The notes under the pieces are model-generated. The model searched no databases. It saw only the letters and a program-made list of their open reading frames with translations, and was not told the origin of the DNA. Below are positions 37,823-47,998 of a stretch of 64,000 nt of DNA, in pieces (within the stretch, counting starts at the first letter, position 1; every line of letters begins with the position of its first letter). The DNA lies in NCBI GenBank assembly GCA_963752285.1, contig CAVVXN010000005.1, positions 2,240,001-2,304,000 of the forward strand. Direction: 5' to 3'. Made by a program: the position numbers and the translations under genes. This DNA comes from an uncultured Planctomycetota bacterium (GTDB lineage: Bacteria > Planctomycetota > PLA2 > JAEUHO01).

Positions 37823-40800
37823 TCAGACCGAGAAGTAGCGCGCGTCGGGATGCGAGACGACGAGCGCCGAGACGCTCGCCTCGGGGTCCATCATGAAGCC
37901 CTCGGTCAGACGAACCCCGATCGTCTCGGGCCGGAGCAGCCGGAAGAGGCCGGCCTGGTCCTCCAGGTTCGGACAGGCCGGGTAGCCGAACGAGTAGCGG
38001 CAGCCGGGGTAGGCCCCCCGGAACACGTCCTCGCGCCGCGTGCCCTCGGGGTCGGGAAACCCCCAGCGCGCGCGGACCTTCGCGTGGAGCCACTCGGCGG
38101 CCGCCTCCGCGGTCTCCACGGCGAGCGCGCCGAGCACGTGGCTCTCGAGGTAGCGCCCGGCCTCGCGGAGCGAGGCGACGCGCGCCCGGATGCCCTCGCC
38201 CGCCGTCGTGACGAAGAAGGCGACGTGGTCGGGGTGCTCGGCCGAGCCGACGAGGTAGTCGGCGATCGAGCGGCCCTCGCCGCGCGTCTGGCGGGGGAAG
38301 AGGAACCGCTCGAGCGCCCGGCCGCCCTCCGGGTCGAGCACGACGACCTCGTCGCCCTCCCGGGCCACCGGGAAGAAGCGGTAGACCGCCCGCGCGGTCA
38401 TCGCCCCCGCGCGGGAGAGCGCCTTCGCCTCCTCGACGGCCTCCTCGAGCATCGCGTACTTGGCGTCCCTCGCCTCGGCGAGACGCCGGACGGAGCCACG
38501 GAGCCCGAGGTGCTTCCCGTAGAGCATCTGCGGGTTCAGCCACGCCCACACCTCGTCGAGGTCCAGCGGGTCGAGGACGACGCGCGCGAACGAGGGCGGG
38601 GCGGGGCGGGGCCCGTACCTCGGTAGGGGCACGCGCGCGGGCGCCGCGGGCGCCGCCTCGGAGGCGGTCCGCTTCGCCTCGAGCGCGCGGGCCGCGCGGG
38701 CGCGGTGCCCTTCGAGCTCCTGGAGGAGCCCGGGCCGCTCCACCGGGTCGAGGAAGCGGCGCGCGAGCTCCAGGCCGTGCATCGCGTCCCGCGCGTACGC
38801 CACGGGGCCGCCGTACGCAGGCGCGATCCGGCCGTACGTGAACATCGGCGAGAGCGCGGCCCCGCCCACGAGGAGTGGAACGTCCACGCCCGCCACGCGG
38901 AGGTCCTCGGCGGTGGTCACCATCATCTGGGCGCTCTTCACGAGGAGACCCGAGAGCCCGATCAGGTCGGGCTTCGACGCGGTCGCGGCCTCGATGAGGC
39001 GTTCGCTCGGCACCTTGATCCCCAGGTTCTCGACCTCGATACCGTTGTTCGTGAGCACGATGTCCACGAGGTTCTTCCCGATGTCGTGCACGTCGCCCTT
39101 GACGGTCGCGAGCACGATCCGCCCGAGCCGCGCGCTCGCGTTCTTCTCCATGCGGGGCTCGAGGTACGTGACCGCGGCCTTCATGGCCGCCGCGCTCTGG
39201 AGCACCTCCGCGACGATCAGCTCGTTTTGGTTGAAGAGACGGCCGACCTCCGCCATGCCCGCCATCAGCGGACCGTTGATCACGTCCAGCGGCGTGGGCC
39301 ATCGGGGGTCGGCGAGCGCGAGGAGGAGGTCGGCCTCGAGCCCCTCCTTCGTGCCCTCCACCACGTACGCGCCGAGGCGCTCGGCGAGCGGGAGCTGTGC
39401 GCGGCGGGGCCGTTCGTCGGCCGGGCGGTTACGGAAGTGCGTGGTGAACGCGCCGATCGGGTCGTCGCCCCGCCAGTCGATCAGGTCCTCGGAGAGCCGG
39501 CGCTCCTCCTCCGGGATCGAGGGGTAGCGCTTCAGGCGCTCGCTGTTCACGATCGCCATGTCGAGTCCGGCCTGCGTCGCGTGGTAGAGGAAGACGCTGT
39601 TCAGGACCTCCCGTCCCGCCTCGGGCAGACCGAACGACACGTTCGAGATCCCGAGCAGCGTCTTCGTCCGCGGGAAGGCCTTCTTCAAGGCACGCACGCC
39701 CTCGATCGTGTGGCGCGCGCTCCCGACGTACTTCTCGTCGCCGGTGCCGCACGGGAACACCAGCGGGTCCCAGACGATGTCCTCCTCGCGCACGCCGAAG
39801 TCCTCGACGAGGATCCGGTGGGAGCGCCGCGCCACCTCGAGCTTTCGCTCGACGGTGACCGCCATGCCCTCGGCGGGGTCCTCGTCGATCAGCCCCACGA
39901 CGAGCGCCGCGCCGTAGCGCCGGGCGAGGGGCACCACGGCCTCGAACCGCGCGAGGCCGTCCTCGAGGTTCACGCTGTTCAGGAGCGACTTGCCCTGGCA
40001 CCAGCGAAGCGCCCGCTCCATCACGTTCGCGTCCGTCGAGTCCACGACGAAGGGCACCTTCACGATCTTCACCGCCTCGGCGAGGAACGCGTCCATGTCG
40101 GCGACCTCGTCGGCGTCGGGGTCCTGGAGGCACACGTCGATCAGGTGCGCGCCGCCCTTCACCTGCCGCCGCCCGACCTCGGCCGCCTCCTCGAACCGGC
40201 GCTCCTTGACGAGTCGTTTGAAGCGTCGGCTCCCGAGCACGTTCGTCCGCTCGCCGACGATCACGGGGCGGTTGTCGTCCGCGACCTCGAGGAAGTCGAT
40301 GCCCGAGAGCCACGTGCGACGCTCGGTCGGGGGCACGCGGGGCGGGGCGTCCGCGAGCGCCTCGGCGATCGCGCGCACGTGCGCGTCCGTCGTCCCGCAG
40401 CACCCGCCCGCGAGGTTCAACCAGCCCTCGGCGGCGAAGCGGCCGAGGACGCGGGCCAGGTCCGCGGGCCCCTCCGCGTAGCGCCCGTCCTCGTCGGGAA
40501 GGCCCGCGTTCGGCACGCAGGCGACCGGGAACGGCGACATCCGCGCCAGCGTGCGGACGTGGTCGGTCATGAACTCCGGCCCCGTCGCGCAGTTGAGGCC
40601 CAGGTAGAGCAGGTCCGCGTGGAGCAGGCTCGCGACCAGGGCCTCGACGCCCTGGCCGGCGAGCATCGTCCCCGTGGGCTCGATCGTCCCGCTGACCGCC
40701 ACGGGGACACTGTGGCCGAGCTCCGAGAACGCCTCGGCGACGCCCAGGAGGGCGGCCTTCACGTTCCGCGTGTCCTGCGCGGTCTCGACCAACAGGTAGT

Positions 40801-41302
40801 CGGCGCCTCCCTCGACGAGACCTCTCGCCTGCTCGACGAAGGTCCGGACGAGCGCGTCGAAGGTCACGCCCCCGGTCACGGAGATGGCTTTCGTGGTGGG
40901 CCCCATCGAGCCGGCGACGAACCGTGTGCGCCCCGGCGCGTCGAACCGCGCGCAGGCGGCCCGGGCGAGGCGCGCCGCCTCGCGGTTCATGCGCCGCGCC
41001 TCGCCCTCGAGCCCGTACTCGGCGAGGACGAGCGGCGTCGCGCCGAAGGTGTCGGTCTCGACGACGTCCGCGCCCGCCGCGAGGTACCGCTCGTGGATCT
41101 TCGTTACGACGTCCGGCCGCGTGAGGACGAGGTTCTCGTTGCACCCCTCGAGGCTCCGGCCCCCGAAGTCGTCGGCACGGAGCCCCTCGGCCTGGATCGC
41201 CGTCCCGGTCGCGCCGTCGAGGACGAGGATCCGCGTGGCGAGCGCCGCCTCGAGGGCGGCCGCACGTCGAGGGTCGGCGCGGGGGGGGGACGCGCCGCTC
41301 AC
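37823..41302 (-). CDS. metH: B12-dependent methionine synthase
   Basis: LDGATGT, LNCATGP, GGCCGT, VGERTN, TVKGDVHDIGKN (DxHxxG), RYSFGYPACP. Confidence 0.97.
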   Translation of the reverse strand: MSGASPPRADPRRAAALEAALATRILVLDGATGTAIQAEGLRADDFGGRSLEGCNENLVLTRPDVVTKIHERYLAAGADVVETDTFGATPLVLAEYGLEGEARRMNREAARLARAACARFDAPGRTRFVAGSMGPTTKAISVTGGVTFDALVRTFVEQARGLVEGGADYLLVETAQDTRNVKAALLGVAEAFSELGHSVPVAVSGTIEPTGTMLAGQGVEALVASLLHADLLYLGLNCATGPEFMTDHVRTLARMSPFPVACVPNAGLPDEDGRYAEGPADLARVLGRFAAEGWLNLAGGCCGTTDAHVRAIAEALADAPPRVPPTERRTWLSGIDFLEVADDNRPVIVGERTNVLGSRRFKRLVKERRFEEAAEVGRRQVKGGAHLIDVCLQDPDADEVADMDAFLAEAVKIVKVPFVVDSTDANVMERALRWCQGKSLLNSVNLEDGLARFEAVVPLARRYGAALVVGLIDEDPAEGMAVTVERKLEVARRSHRILVEDFGVREEDIVWDPLVFPCGTGDEKYVGSARHTIEGVRALKKAFPRTKTLLGISNVSFGLPEAGREVLNSVFLYHATQAGLDMAIVNSERLKRYPSIPEEERRLSEDLIDWRGDDPIGAFTTHFRNRPADERPRRAQLPLAERLGAYVVEGTKEGLEADLLLALADPRWPTPLDVINGPLMAGMAEVGRLFNQNELIVAEVLQSAAAMKAAVTYLEPRMEKNASARLGRIVLATVKGDVHDIGKNLVDIVLTNNGIEVENLGIKVPSERLIEAATASKPDLIGLSGLLVKSAQMMVTTAEDLRVAGVDVPLLVGGAALSPMFTYGRIAPAYGGPVAYARDAMHGLELARRFLDPVERPGLLQELEGHRARAARALEAKRTASEAAPAAPARVPLPRYGPRPAPPSFARVVLDPLDLDEVWAWLNPQMLYGKHLGLRGSVRRLAEARDAKYAMLEEAVEEAKALSRAGAMTARAVYRFFPVAREGDEVVVLDPEGGRALERFLFPRQTRGEGRSIADYLVGSAEHPDHVAFFVTTAGEGIRARVASLREAGRYLESHVLGALAVETAEAAAEWLHAKVRARWGFPDPEGTRREDVFRGAYPGCRYSFGYPACPNLEDQAGLFRLLRPETIGVRLTEGFMMDPEASVSALVVSHPDARYFSV

Positions 41303-42267
41303 GCGCGCCTCCGTGCGGGTCTCGGCGACCCGCCCGGCGGGGCGGCGGGGCGCGTCGCCGACGCCACGAGGACGGCGAAGGGGTTTCCCCGACGCCGGGC
41401 CGCCTCTTCCACGCGCGGCCGCTCGAGCCCGGCGGCCGCGAGCCAGCCGGCGACCTCCTCGGGGGGGAAGCCCTGATGGACGTGACCCAGTCGTTCGCGC
41501 ACCCACGCCTCGCCGTGCGGGAGGAGGTCGAGCACGAGCACGCGTCCGGAGGGCCGGACGACGCGCGCGGCCTCCGCGACCGCCCGCGCGGGTTCGTCCT
41601 GGCCGTGCAGGACCTGCGAGAGGAGCGCGACGTCGAACGACGCGTCGGCGAGGGGCAACGCGTCGAGCGCGCCGCGACGGAAGACGACGTTGGGGGTGCC
41701 GGCGCGCCGCGCCGCGGCGCGCGCGCGGCCGAGGGTCCGGGCGTCCGGCTCCACGGCCACGACCCGGGTGGCGAACCGCGCGATCTCGATCGCGAGTGCG
41801 CCCTCGCCGCAGCCGAGGTCGGCGACCTCGAGCGGCGGGAGGAGGTGGCCGAGCGCGCGGGCCCACGCGGACCACGAGCGACCGGGCTCGGCCGGCCGCT
41901 GGCCGCGCCGCCCCCACCCCACGCGACGCTCCTCGCGCTCGCGGAGCACCTCCCCGAGTCGCGCGTCGTCGCCGTGCGGGTCGGCCGCCGTCGCGAGGCG
42001 GGCGCGAAGCGCCGGCCAGACGTCGCCGAGGCCGTCGGGCGCGAGGTCGGACAGCGCGAGCCACGTCCACCCCGCCTCTCGGCGCTCCCGCACGAACCCG
42101 CCCTCGCGAAGGAGCCGCACGTGCCGCGAGACGCCCGACTGCGCGAGGCCGAGGATCCGCACGAGCTCGCCCACGTTCAGGCGCTCCTTCGCGAGGAGGC
42201 GCAGCAGCCGGAGGCGCCCCTCGTCGCCGAGGAGGCGGAACGGGTCGGGGGCGAGGGCCGTCGTCAT
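41299..42267 (-). CDS. ArsR-HTH / SAM-methyltransferase fusion regulator (SahR-like)
   Basis: N-terminal ArsR HTH (LNVGELVRILGLAQSGVSRH), C-terminal DLGCGEG methyltransferase fold. GTGA overlap with metH. Confidence 0.88.
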   Translation of the reverse strand: MTTALAPDPFRLLGDEGRLRLLRLLAKERLNVGELVRILGLAQSGVSRHVRLLREGGFVRERREAGWTWLALSDLAPDGLGDVWPALRARLATAADPHGDDARLGEVLREREERRVGWGRRGQRPAEPGRSWSAWARALGHLLPPLEVADLGCGEGALAIEIARFATRVVAVEPDARTLGRARAAARRAGTPNVVFRRGALDALPLADASFDVALLSQVLHGQDEPARAVAEAARVVRPSGRVLVLDLLPHGEAWVRERLGHVHQGFPPEEVAGWLAAAGLERPRVEEAARRRGNPFAVLVASATRPAAPPGGSPRPARRRA

Positions 42268-42294
42268 ATCTTCATATCCATATCAGAAGATATG
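42265..42294. promoter_or_regulatory. AT-rich palindromic operator (ATATC-N10-GATAT at 42274-42293 inside CATATCTTC-N12-GAAGATATG)
   Basis: Directly visible inverted repeat abutting the regulator start codon. Resembles the SahR-family operator. Confidence 0.7.
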
Positions 42295-42415
42295 AGCAGG
42301 GCCAGGCGTGGAAGGGGCGCGACGGCCGGGCGGGGTCGGGGAGCGACTCCGGGGAGAGGGCGGCGGGCGGCGGGGACCGCGGCGACCGGAGGGGACGGGC
42401 CCGACGGGGCGCGTC

Positions 42416-44179
42416 TCAGACCGGTACGGGGACGGGGCGACGCGACGAGGGGGCCTCGTCGGGCGCCTCCGCGCCCTCCCCCCCGGCGTCGCGGCGGATC
42501 AGGAGGATCCGCGCGCGGACGGGGGGCGGGCCGCGGTCGGGGCCGGGGGCGTCGGGCGACGCGCGGTCCACGTCCTCCGCCTCCTGGACCGTCACGCGGA
42601 CCCGTGGGAGGCCCACGAAGTGCCGGTCCTGGAGCGGCGAGAAGCCCTGGTCGTACGCCTCCAGCATCACGCCGAGCGCGGCACGCAACGGCGCCCAGGC
42701 GACGGTGTCGTCCCAGTACACGAGGTCCACGTCGAGCCGGCGGAACACCTCCGCGAGGTACCGGCGGACGCGGAGCGGGAACACGACCCTGAAGGGCGGG
42801 CCCACGTGCGCCGCCTTCCCGCCCGCGGAGCCGTCCTCCCCGTGCGGGGGGTCGCGGATCAGCGACGGGACGGGCCACGCGTGCGGGCAGAAGAGGTAGC
42901 CGCCGCCGCGGGAGCGAACGCGGTGGCGGGTCATCCGGTCGAGGCGCTGCAGGCGACGGAAGAACGCGCGCCGGTAGACGACCTCGAAGCGACGCGCGAG
43001 CCGAAACGTCGCCTCGGGTAGGGGGAGGTCGTCGGGAGGGGACACGAAGCGCTGTCCGTGGTCGGGGATCCCGACGACCAGGTCGAAGCCCCCGCGCGGG
43101 GCACGTCGCGACGTCGTCACACGCCAGCCCGCCGCGCGCGCGGCCGCGAGCCACGCCGGTTCCGGGCCCGTCCGCCCGGGCCACCAGAGCGTACGAACGA
43201 GCGGACGCGCGGGGTCTTGTCTCGCCGGACCGAGCAGGCGGCCGAGGAGACGCGCCGCGCGGACCGCGAGCAGGAACGCGGCCGCCGTCGCGGCGAGTCC
43301 CATGCCGGTGGTGATCCCGAAACGGCCCGACGGTCCGGTCGGCGCGAGGAGCCGGCCCGTCTGCGCGAGGGCGACGACGAAGAGGAGCGCGAGCAGGGCG
43401 GCGAGCCACGTCGCGCGGAGCCACGCGTCGATCCGGGTCGCGGCCACGCGGCCCTCCTCGTCCCGGCGCCAGAGCCAGAAGCGTCCCCAGGGCCAGTGGA
43501 CGAGCCCGCGACCCGCGACGACGGCGAACGGACCGAAGAGCGCGAGCGGGACCCAGCCCGGCAGCGCGGCGAACGCGAGGAAGAGACCCACGAACGCGGC
43601 GACGCGGAGGACCAGGCGCCGCGCGCGTGTCGCCGGTGGCGCGCGGTCCGCGCGGCCGGGAACGAGACCGAGCGTGGAGACGAGACCGAACAGGAGCCAC
43701 AGGAGCGTCAGGAGGAGCACGTACGGCGTGTACGCGAGGTGCCACCGCGTGAAGAGGAGCGCATCCGGGATCTGGGGACCCAGGAGGAGGGCCACGACCA
43801 CGAGCCCCGAGAGCACGAGGAGCGTCGTCCGGCGCGGCGCCCATGCACACGGGGTCGGCGCCTCGGGCAGGCGGAACGCGAGCGCCGCGGCGGGCTCGGT
43901 TCGGCGCGCGACCGCTTCGACCGCGCGCCGCACCGCGTGCGCGAAGCGTCGGCTCAGCGGCGCCCGGCCGGAGCGCGCCCCGTTCGCGAGCGCCCCCACC
44001 GTGAGGAGCAGGAGCAGCACACCCACCACGTCGCCCGACTCGTCGGGGAACGCGCGGCCGAACCCCTCGAGGATCGCGATCCCGAGCCCGAGAAGGCCCG
44101 CCTCGAGGAGGAGGTCCCCCGCGTGGTTCGGGTGGATCTCGCGCGCGAGTCGAAGGCGTAGGCTCGTGAAGAAGCGCAT
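42416..44179 (-). CDS. Multi-pass membrane protein with soluble C-terminal domain, unknown function
   Basis: About 8 hydrophobic segments, then a C-terminal region with YLFCPHAW and VGPPF motifs. TAGAGT box upstream. Confidence 0.7.
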   Translation of the reverse strand: MRFFTSLRLRLAREIHPNHAGDLLLEAGLLGLGIAILEGFGRAFPDESGDVVGVLLLLLTVGALANGARSGRAPLSRRFAHAVRRAVEAVARRTEPAAALAFRLPEAPTPCAWAPRRTTLLVLSGLVVVALLLGPQIPDALLFTRWHLAYTPYVLLLTLLWLLFGLVSTLGLVPGRADRAPPATRARRLVLRVAAFVGLFLAFAALPGWVPLALFGPFAVVAGRGLVHWPWGRFWLWRRDEEGRVAATRIDAWLRATWLAALLALLFVVALAQTGRLLAPTGPSGRFGITTGMGLAATAAAFLLAVRAARLLGRLLGPARQDPARPLVRTLWWPGRTGPEPAWLAAARAAGWRVTTSRRAPRGGFDLVVGIPDHGQRFVSPPDDLPLPEATFRLARRFEVVYRRAFFRRLQRLDRMTRHRVRSRGGGYLFCPHAWPVPSLIRDPPHGEDGSAGGKAAHVGPPFRVVFPLRVRRYLAEVFRRLDVDLVYWDDTVAWAPLRAALGVMLEAYDQGFSPLQDRHFVGLPRVRVTVQEAEDVDRASPDAPGPDRGPPPVRARILLIRRDAGGEGAEAPDEAPSSRRPVPVPV

Positions 44180-44272
44180 CGGGGTCGCCCCACTCTACGC
44201 CGCGGGCCGCCGGCCTGCCCCGACAGGTGGGCGGCCGCCCCGGCCCGCGGCGGGGGTGGGCGAAGCGCTCGA

Positions 44273-44464
44273 TCAGATGTCGGGGCGATCGTCCACGAGG
44301 GCGAGCCCGTTCACGGCCTGCCAGAGCGAGGCCATCGCCTCCCTCACGTTCGCGGCGGCCGTCGGCGGGAGCGGGGACGCGGCGAGGCGGGCGAGGGCCT
44401 CGTACGCCTCGACGAGGCGCGCTTCCCAGTCCGTCATCTCGCGGCCGAGCAGGTCCTTCGCCAT
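44273..44464 (-). CDS. Small helical hypothetical protein (63 aa)
   Basis: ATG 1 nt after the CoA ligase stop, with a GGGAG SD. MAKDLLGREMT...AMASLWQAVN reads as a real protein. Confidence 0.7.
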   Translation of the reverse strand: MAKDLLGREMTDWEARLVEAYEALARLAASPLPPTAAANVREAMASLWQAVNGLALVDDRPDI

Positions 44465-44465
44465 C

Positions 44466-45812
44466 TCAGCTCCCACTCCCCTTCACGACGCGGTCGTCTT
44501 TCACCCGCTTCGCCTTGAGCTCGAAGCGCGGCAGGAGACCGGTCTCGACGCGGCGCACCACGAAGCCCAGCCCCTCGTGATGCGTGGAGAGGTCCTTCTG
44601 GAGTCGCGGCTCGACCGACGACCAGTCGCCCTCGTGGCCCTCGCGGACCTCGCACAGCACCTCGATCTCGTCGCGGATGCCCTCGGCCGTGTACAGGTGG
44701 ATCTGGAACTCGTCCACGGCCGGGTACTCCCGCACGATCGCCTCCACGGCTCGGGGGTACACGTTCGTCCCGCGGATGAGGAGCATGTCGTCCACGCGCC
44801 CCCGGATGCCGCCTTCGTAGAGGTCCCAGGTCCGGCCGCAGTCGCACGTGTCGTGGGGAACCTTGAGGACGAGGTCACGGGTGCGGTAGCGGAGCAGCGG
44901 GATCATCCCGCGCCCGAACGAGGTCACCACCCGCTCGCCCTGCTCGCCGTACCCGATGGGGTCGCCGGTCGCGGGGTCCACGACCTCCTCGATGAAGTGG
45001 TCCTCGATGACGTGCGTGCCGCCCGGCTGACGTTCGCACTCGAACATGAGGATCGTGCCGATCTCGGTCATGCCGGCCGTGTCGGCCGCCTTCGCGCCCC
45101 ACTGGTCCTCGATCATGCGCTTCGACGCGGGAATGGAACCCGCGGGCTCGCCGGAGAGGACCAACCGCTCGACGGGCCCGGTCCGGAGGTCGATGCCCAG
45201 GGCCGCGGCCTCCTGCGCGAGACGGAGCGCGTAGGTGGGCGTCGCGCAGACGACCGTGGCCTCCATCTCGTCGATCATCTCGACGCGCTGCGAGGTGGTC
45301 ATGTTGCCCGAAGGGATGACGAGGCAGCCCATCTTCTCGCAGCCGTAGTGCGCCCCCCAGAAGCCGATGAACGTGCCGTACGAGAACGCGAAGAAGACCC
45401 GGTCCTTCGGACGCACGCCGAAGCCGTGGAACGCGTAGCACCAGCATTCCGCGATCCACTTCCAGTCGATGCGGCCGTCGAGGACGCGGAGCGGCGTCCG
45501 GCCCGAGGTGCCGGACGTCGTGTGATAGCGCACCGCGCGGTCCACGGGCCGGACCAGCATGTCGCCGAACGGCGGATGCTCCTGCTGACACGACATCCAG
45601 GCGTCCCGCGTCGTGAAGGGGATCTTCGACAGGTCCGCGAGCCCCCCCACGTCGTCCGGCGTGATCCCGGCCCGGTCGAAGAGCCGTCGGTGGAACGCGC
45701 TCCCGTCGTACGCACGCCGCACGAGCAAGCGGAGACGGAGCCCCTGGAGGGCGGCGAGGTCCCTCCTCGGGAGCGTCTCGAGCTTCGGGTTCCAGAAGCG
45801 GTCGTCGGGCAT
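44466..45812 (-). CDS. Phenylacetate--CoA ligase family (PaaK-like) AMP-forming enzyme
   Basis: TTSGTSG, ATPTYAL, LSGEP, AGMTE, RYRTRD, GRVDDML.IRGTNVYP. Confidence 0.9.
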   Translation of the reverse strand: MPDDRFWNPKLETLPRRDLAALQGLRLRLLVRRAYDGSAFHRRLFDRAGITPDDVGGLADLSKIPFTTRDAWMSCQQEHPPFGDMLVRPVDRAVRYHTTSGTSGRTPLRVLDGRIDWKWIAECWCYAFHGFGVRPKDRVFFAFSYGTFIGFWGAHYGCEKMGCLVIPSGNMTTSQRVEMIDEMEATVVCATPTYALRLAQEAAALGIDLRTGPVERLVLSGEPAGSIPASKRMIEDQWGAKAADTAGMTEIGTILMFECERQPGGTHVIEDHFIEEVVDPATGDPIGYGEQGERVVTSFGRGMIPLLRYRTRDLVLKVPHDTCDCGRTWDLYEGGIRGRVDDMLLIRGTNVYPRAVEAIVREYPAVDEFQIHLYTAEGIRDEIEVLCEVREGHEGDWSSVEPRLQKDLSTHHEGLGFVVRRVETGLLPRFELKAKRVKDDRVVKGSGS

Positions 45813-45985
45813 CGGCCGGGGGACCCTCCTCCCGCCCCGCCGCGGGGCGGCGGCGAGGGTAGCGACCTCGCGGGGCCCGCGCGAGGCCCGGGTCCGCCGC
45901 GCGCGCCGCGCCCCCGGCCGACGGGTAGGCTCCGGCGCCGGGTCGCCGGGCGGGCCCGGCCGGCCTGCGAGACGAGGGAGCCGGG

Positions 45986-46435
45986 ATGGCGTTTCGCTGC
46001 GAGATCCCCGTGCGGTTCGCCGACTGCGACGCGGCGTGGATCGTCTACCACCCGCGGATCCCCCACTTCTGCCACGTCGCGATGGAGACGATGTTCGCGC
46101 GCCACGTGGGCGTGCCGTACGCGAGGGCGCTCCGCGAGGAAGACGTCGGGTACCCGACCGTGCGGCTCGAGGCCGAGTACCGGCGGCCGATCCCGATGGG
46201 CGCGACGCTCCTGGTGGACGTCTCCGTCGCGCGCCTGGGGAACCGGAGCGTGGACCTCCGCTACGAGGGGCGCCTCGCCGACGGCGCCGAGCCCGTCTTC
46301 GTCGTGCGCGCGCGGCAGGTCGCGACGAGCCTGGCCCGCTGGGAGAGCCGCGACATGCCCCCCCACCACCGGCAGGGATTCGCGGCGCTGCTCGAACGCG
46401 AGGACCCCCGGGCCGCGGACGGCCCGCGCCCCTGA
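45986..46435 (+). CDS. Acyl-CoA thioesterase (4HBT/hotdog fold)
   Basis: VRFADCDAA.IVY, YRRPI.MG, RLGNRSV. Confidence 0.88.
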   Translation: MAFRCEIPVRFADCDAAWIVYHPRIPHFCHVAMETMFARHVGVPYARALREEDVGYPTVRLEAEYRRPIPMGATLLVDVSVARLGNRSVDLRYEGRLADGAEPVFVVRARQVATSLARWESRDMPPHHRQGFAALLEREDPRAADGPRP

Positions 46436-46439
46436 CCGG

Positions 46440-47987
46440 TCAGGGACGGCGCCGCGGCGCGAGGGCTTCCTTCGCCGCGGCGCGCACGGCGGCGTCGGGG
46501 TCGTCTTTCTCGAGCTTTCGGAGCACCCTCGCCACCCTCGAGGGGGGCCGCCCGATCGCCCCCAGGGCGCGCACGGCCGCCGCGCGCACGCTCGCCTCGG
46601 CGTCGCCGAGGGCGGAGAGCAGCTCGTCCACCGCGCCCTTCGCCGGCGCGCCGACCGCGCCGATCGCCTCGGCGGCGCCCTGGCGAAGCGTCGCGTCGTC
46701 GGAGCGAAGCGCCGTGAGGAGCGCCGGCAGCGCCGGGGCCGCACCCGATCCGAGCCGCGCGAGGCTCGCGAGGGCCGCGCGCCGCACGCCGGGATCGTCG
46801 TCCGCGAGGCGGTCCACGAGCGACGTCACCACGTCGCCCGCCCCGGGCGCCGACGCGAGGTCGGACCGGCCGAGGGCCGTCACGACGGCGACGCGCACCG
46901 CGGCGTCGGTGCTCGCGAGCGCCGAGAGCAGCGCGGGCAACACGTCCTTCGCGTCCGCCCCCAGGTGCGAGACGACCTCGGCGGCCCGCGCCCGGACCGC
47001 GCCGTCCGCGTCGAGGAGGGCGCCCACGGCGGGCGCCGCGGCCGGGCCCATCGGGCGGCCGTCGGCGGCGAGGAGGACGAGCGCGCCGAGCGCCGCCTCG
47101 CGCGCATGCGCGCTGTTCTTGTCGCCGAGCGCCGCGCCGAGCGGACCGACCGCGGCGTCGAGCGCCGCGCGACGCGTCGGGTCCGCGGGACCGCGCTCGG
47201 CTGCGACCTTGGCGTCCACGCTCGCGATCTTCCCGATCGCGGACGCGGCGGCGAGGCGGACGCTCCAGTCGTCCGCCGCGAGGAGTCGCGTGGCCGCGGC
47301 GACCACCGCGCCCCGCACGCCGTCGCGCTGCATCTCCGTGAGCGCGAGAACGGCTTCTCGCGCCACGCGCGGGTCCTCGCTTTCGAGCGCGGCCTCGAGT
47401 CGCGCCGCGCCGGCGTCGTCGCCGGGCCGGGCGAGGAAGAGCGCGTGCGCGGCCGCCATCGCCCGGAGCGGCGCGTCCGACGCGAGCGTCTTCTCGAGGT
47501 AGGGCACGGCCGCCGAGCCGAGGCGCACGAACGCGTCGCCGGCCTTCACGCGGACGTCCGTCTCCTCGTCGGCCATCGCGTCGAGGAGGGCGGCGAGCGA
47601 CTCGTCGCCGGTCGCGCGCACGTGGCCGAGCGACTCCACCGCGGCGCCGCGCACGTTCCATACGGCGTCCTTCGTGAGCGGCACGAGCGCCGGCGCCGCC
47701 GACGCGCCCTTCTCGCCGAGCCCCCCGACCGCGACGGCGGCCCAGTAGCGGACGAGCTGGCTCCGGTCTCCGAGCGCCGTCTCGATCGCGGGCAGGGCCT
47801 CCTTTGCGTGGACGCCCATCTTCGCGAGGGCCTCGGCCGCCGCGGCGCGGACCTCCTTGTCGGGGTTCGCGAGCCGCTCGGCCTCGGCCTTCGCGTCGGC
47901 CCGCGCCGGGCGCGCGAGGAGGAGCGGGGACGAGAGCGCGACGACGAGGAGGACGAGGTGCGAAGGGCGCGTGGGCGTCGTCGGCAT
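46440..47987 (-). CDS. Exported HEAT repeat protein
   Basis: Signal peptide ending ARA-DA. Many L.D....VR..AA.ALG repeats. Confidence 0.88.
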   Translation of the reverse strand: MPTTPTRPSHLVLLVVALSSPLLLARPARADAKAEAERLANPDKEVRAAAAEALAKMGVHAKEALPAIETALGDRSQLVRYWAAVAVGGLGEKGASAAPALVPLTKDAVWNVRGAAVESLGHVRATGDESLAALLDAMADEETDVRVKAGDAFVRLGSAAVPYLEKTLASDAPLRAMAAAHALFLARPGDDAGAARLEAALESEDPRVAREAVLALTEMQRDGVRGAVVAAATRLLAADDWSVRLAAASAIGKIASVDAKVAAERGPADPTRRAALDAAVGPLGAALGDKNSAHAREAALGALVLLAADGRPMGPAAAPAVGALLDADGAVRARAAEVVSHLGADAKDVLPALLSALASTDAAVRVAVVTALGRSDLASAPGAGDVVTSLVDRLADDDPGVRRAALASLARLGSGAAPALPALLTALRSDDATLRQGAAEAIGAVGAPAKGAVDELLSALGDAEASVRAAAVRALGAIGRPPSRVARVLRKLEKDDPDAAVRAAAKEALAPRRRP

Positions 47988-47998
47988 GGGGAGGTGTC

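Noticed and set aside
41281..41289. G9 tract in the 5' end of metH as a phase-variation switch
   Set aside because: The frame is intact, similar C8-C9 runs occur elsewhere (454-462, 2837-2844), and such runs are expected at this GC content.
42295..42415. SAM or cobalamin riboswitch upstream of the regulator-metH operon
   Set aside because: The region is short and lacks recognisable S-box or B12-box elements. The DNA palindrome explains the regulation better.
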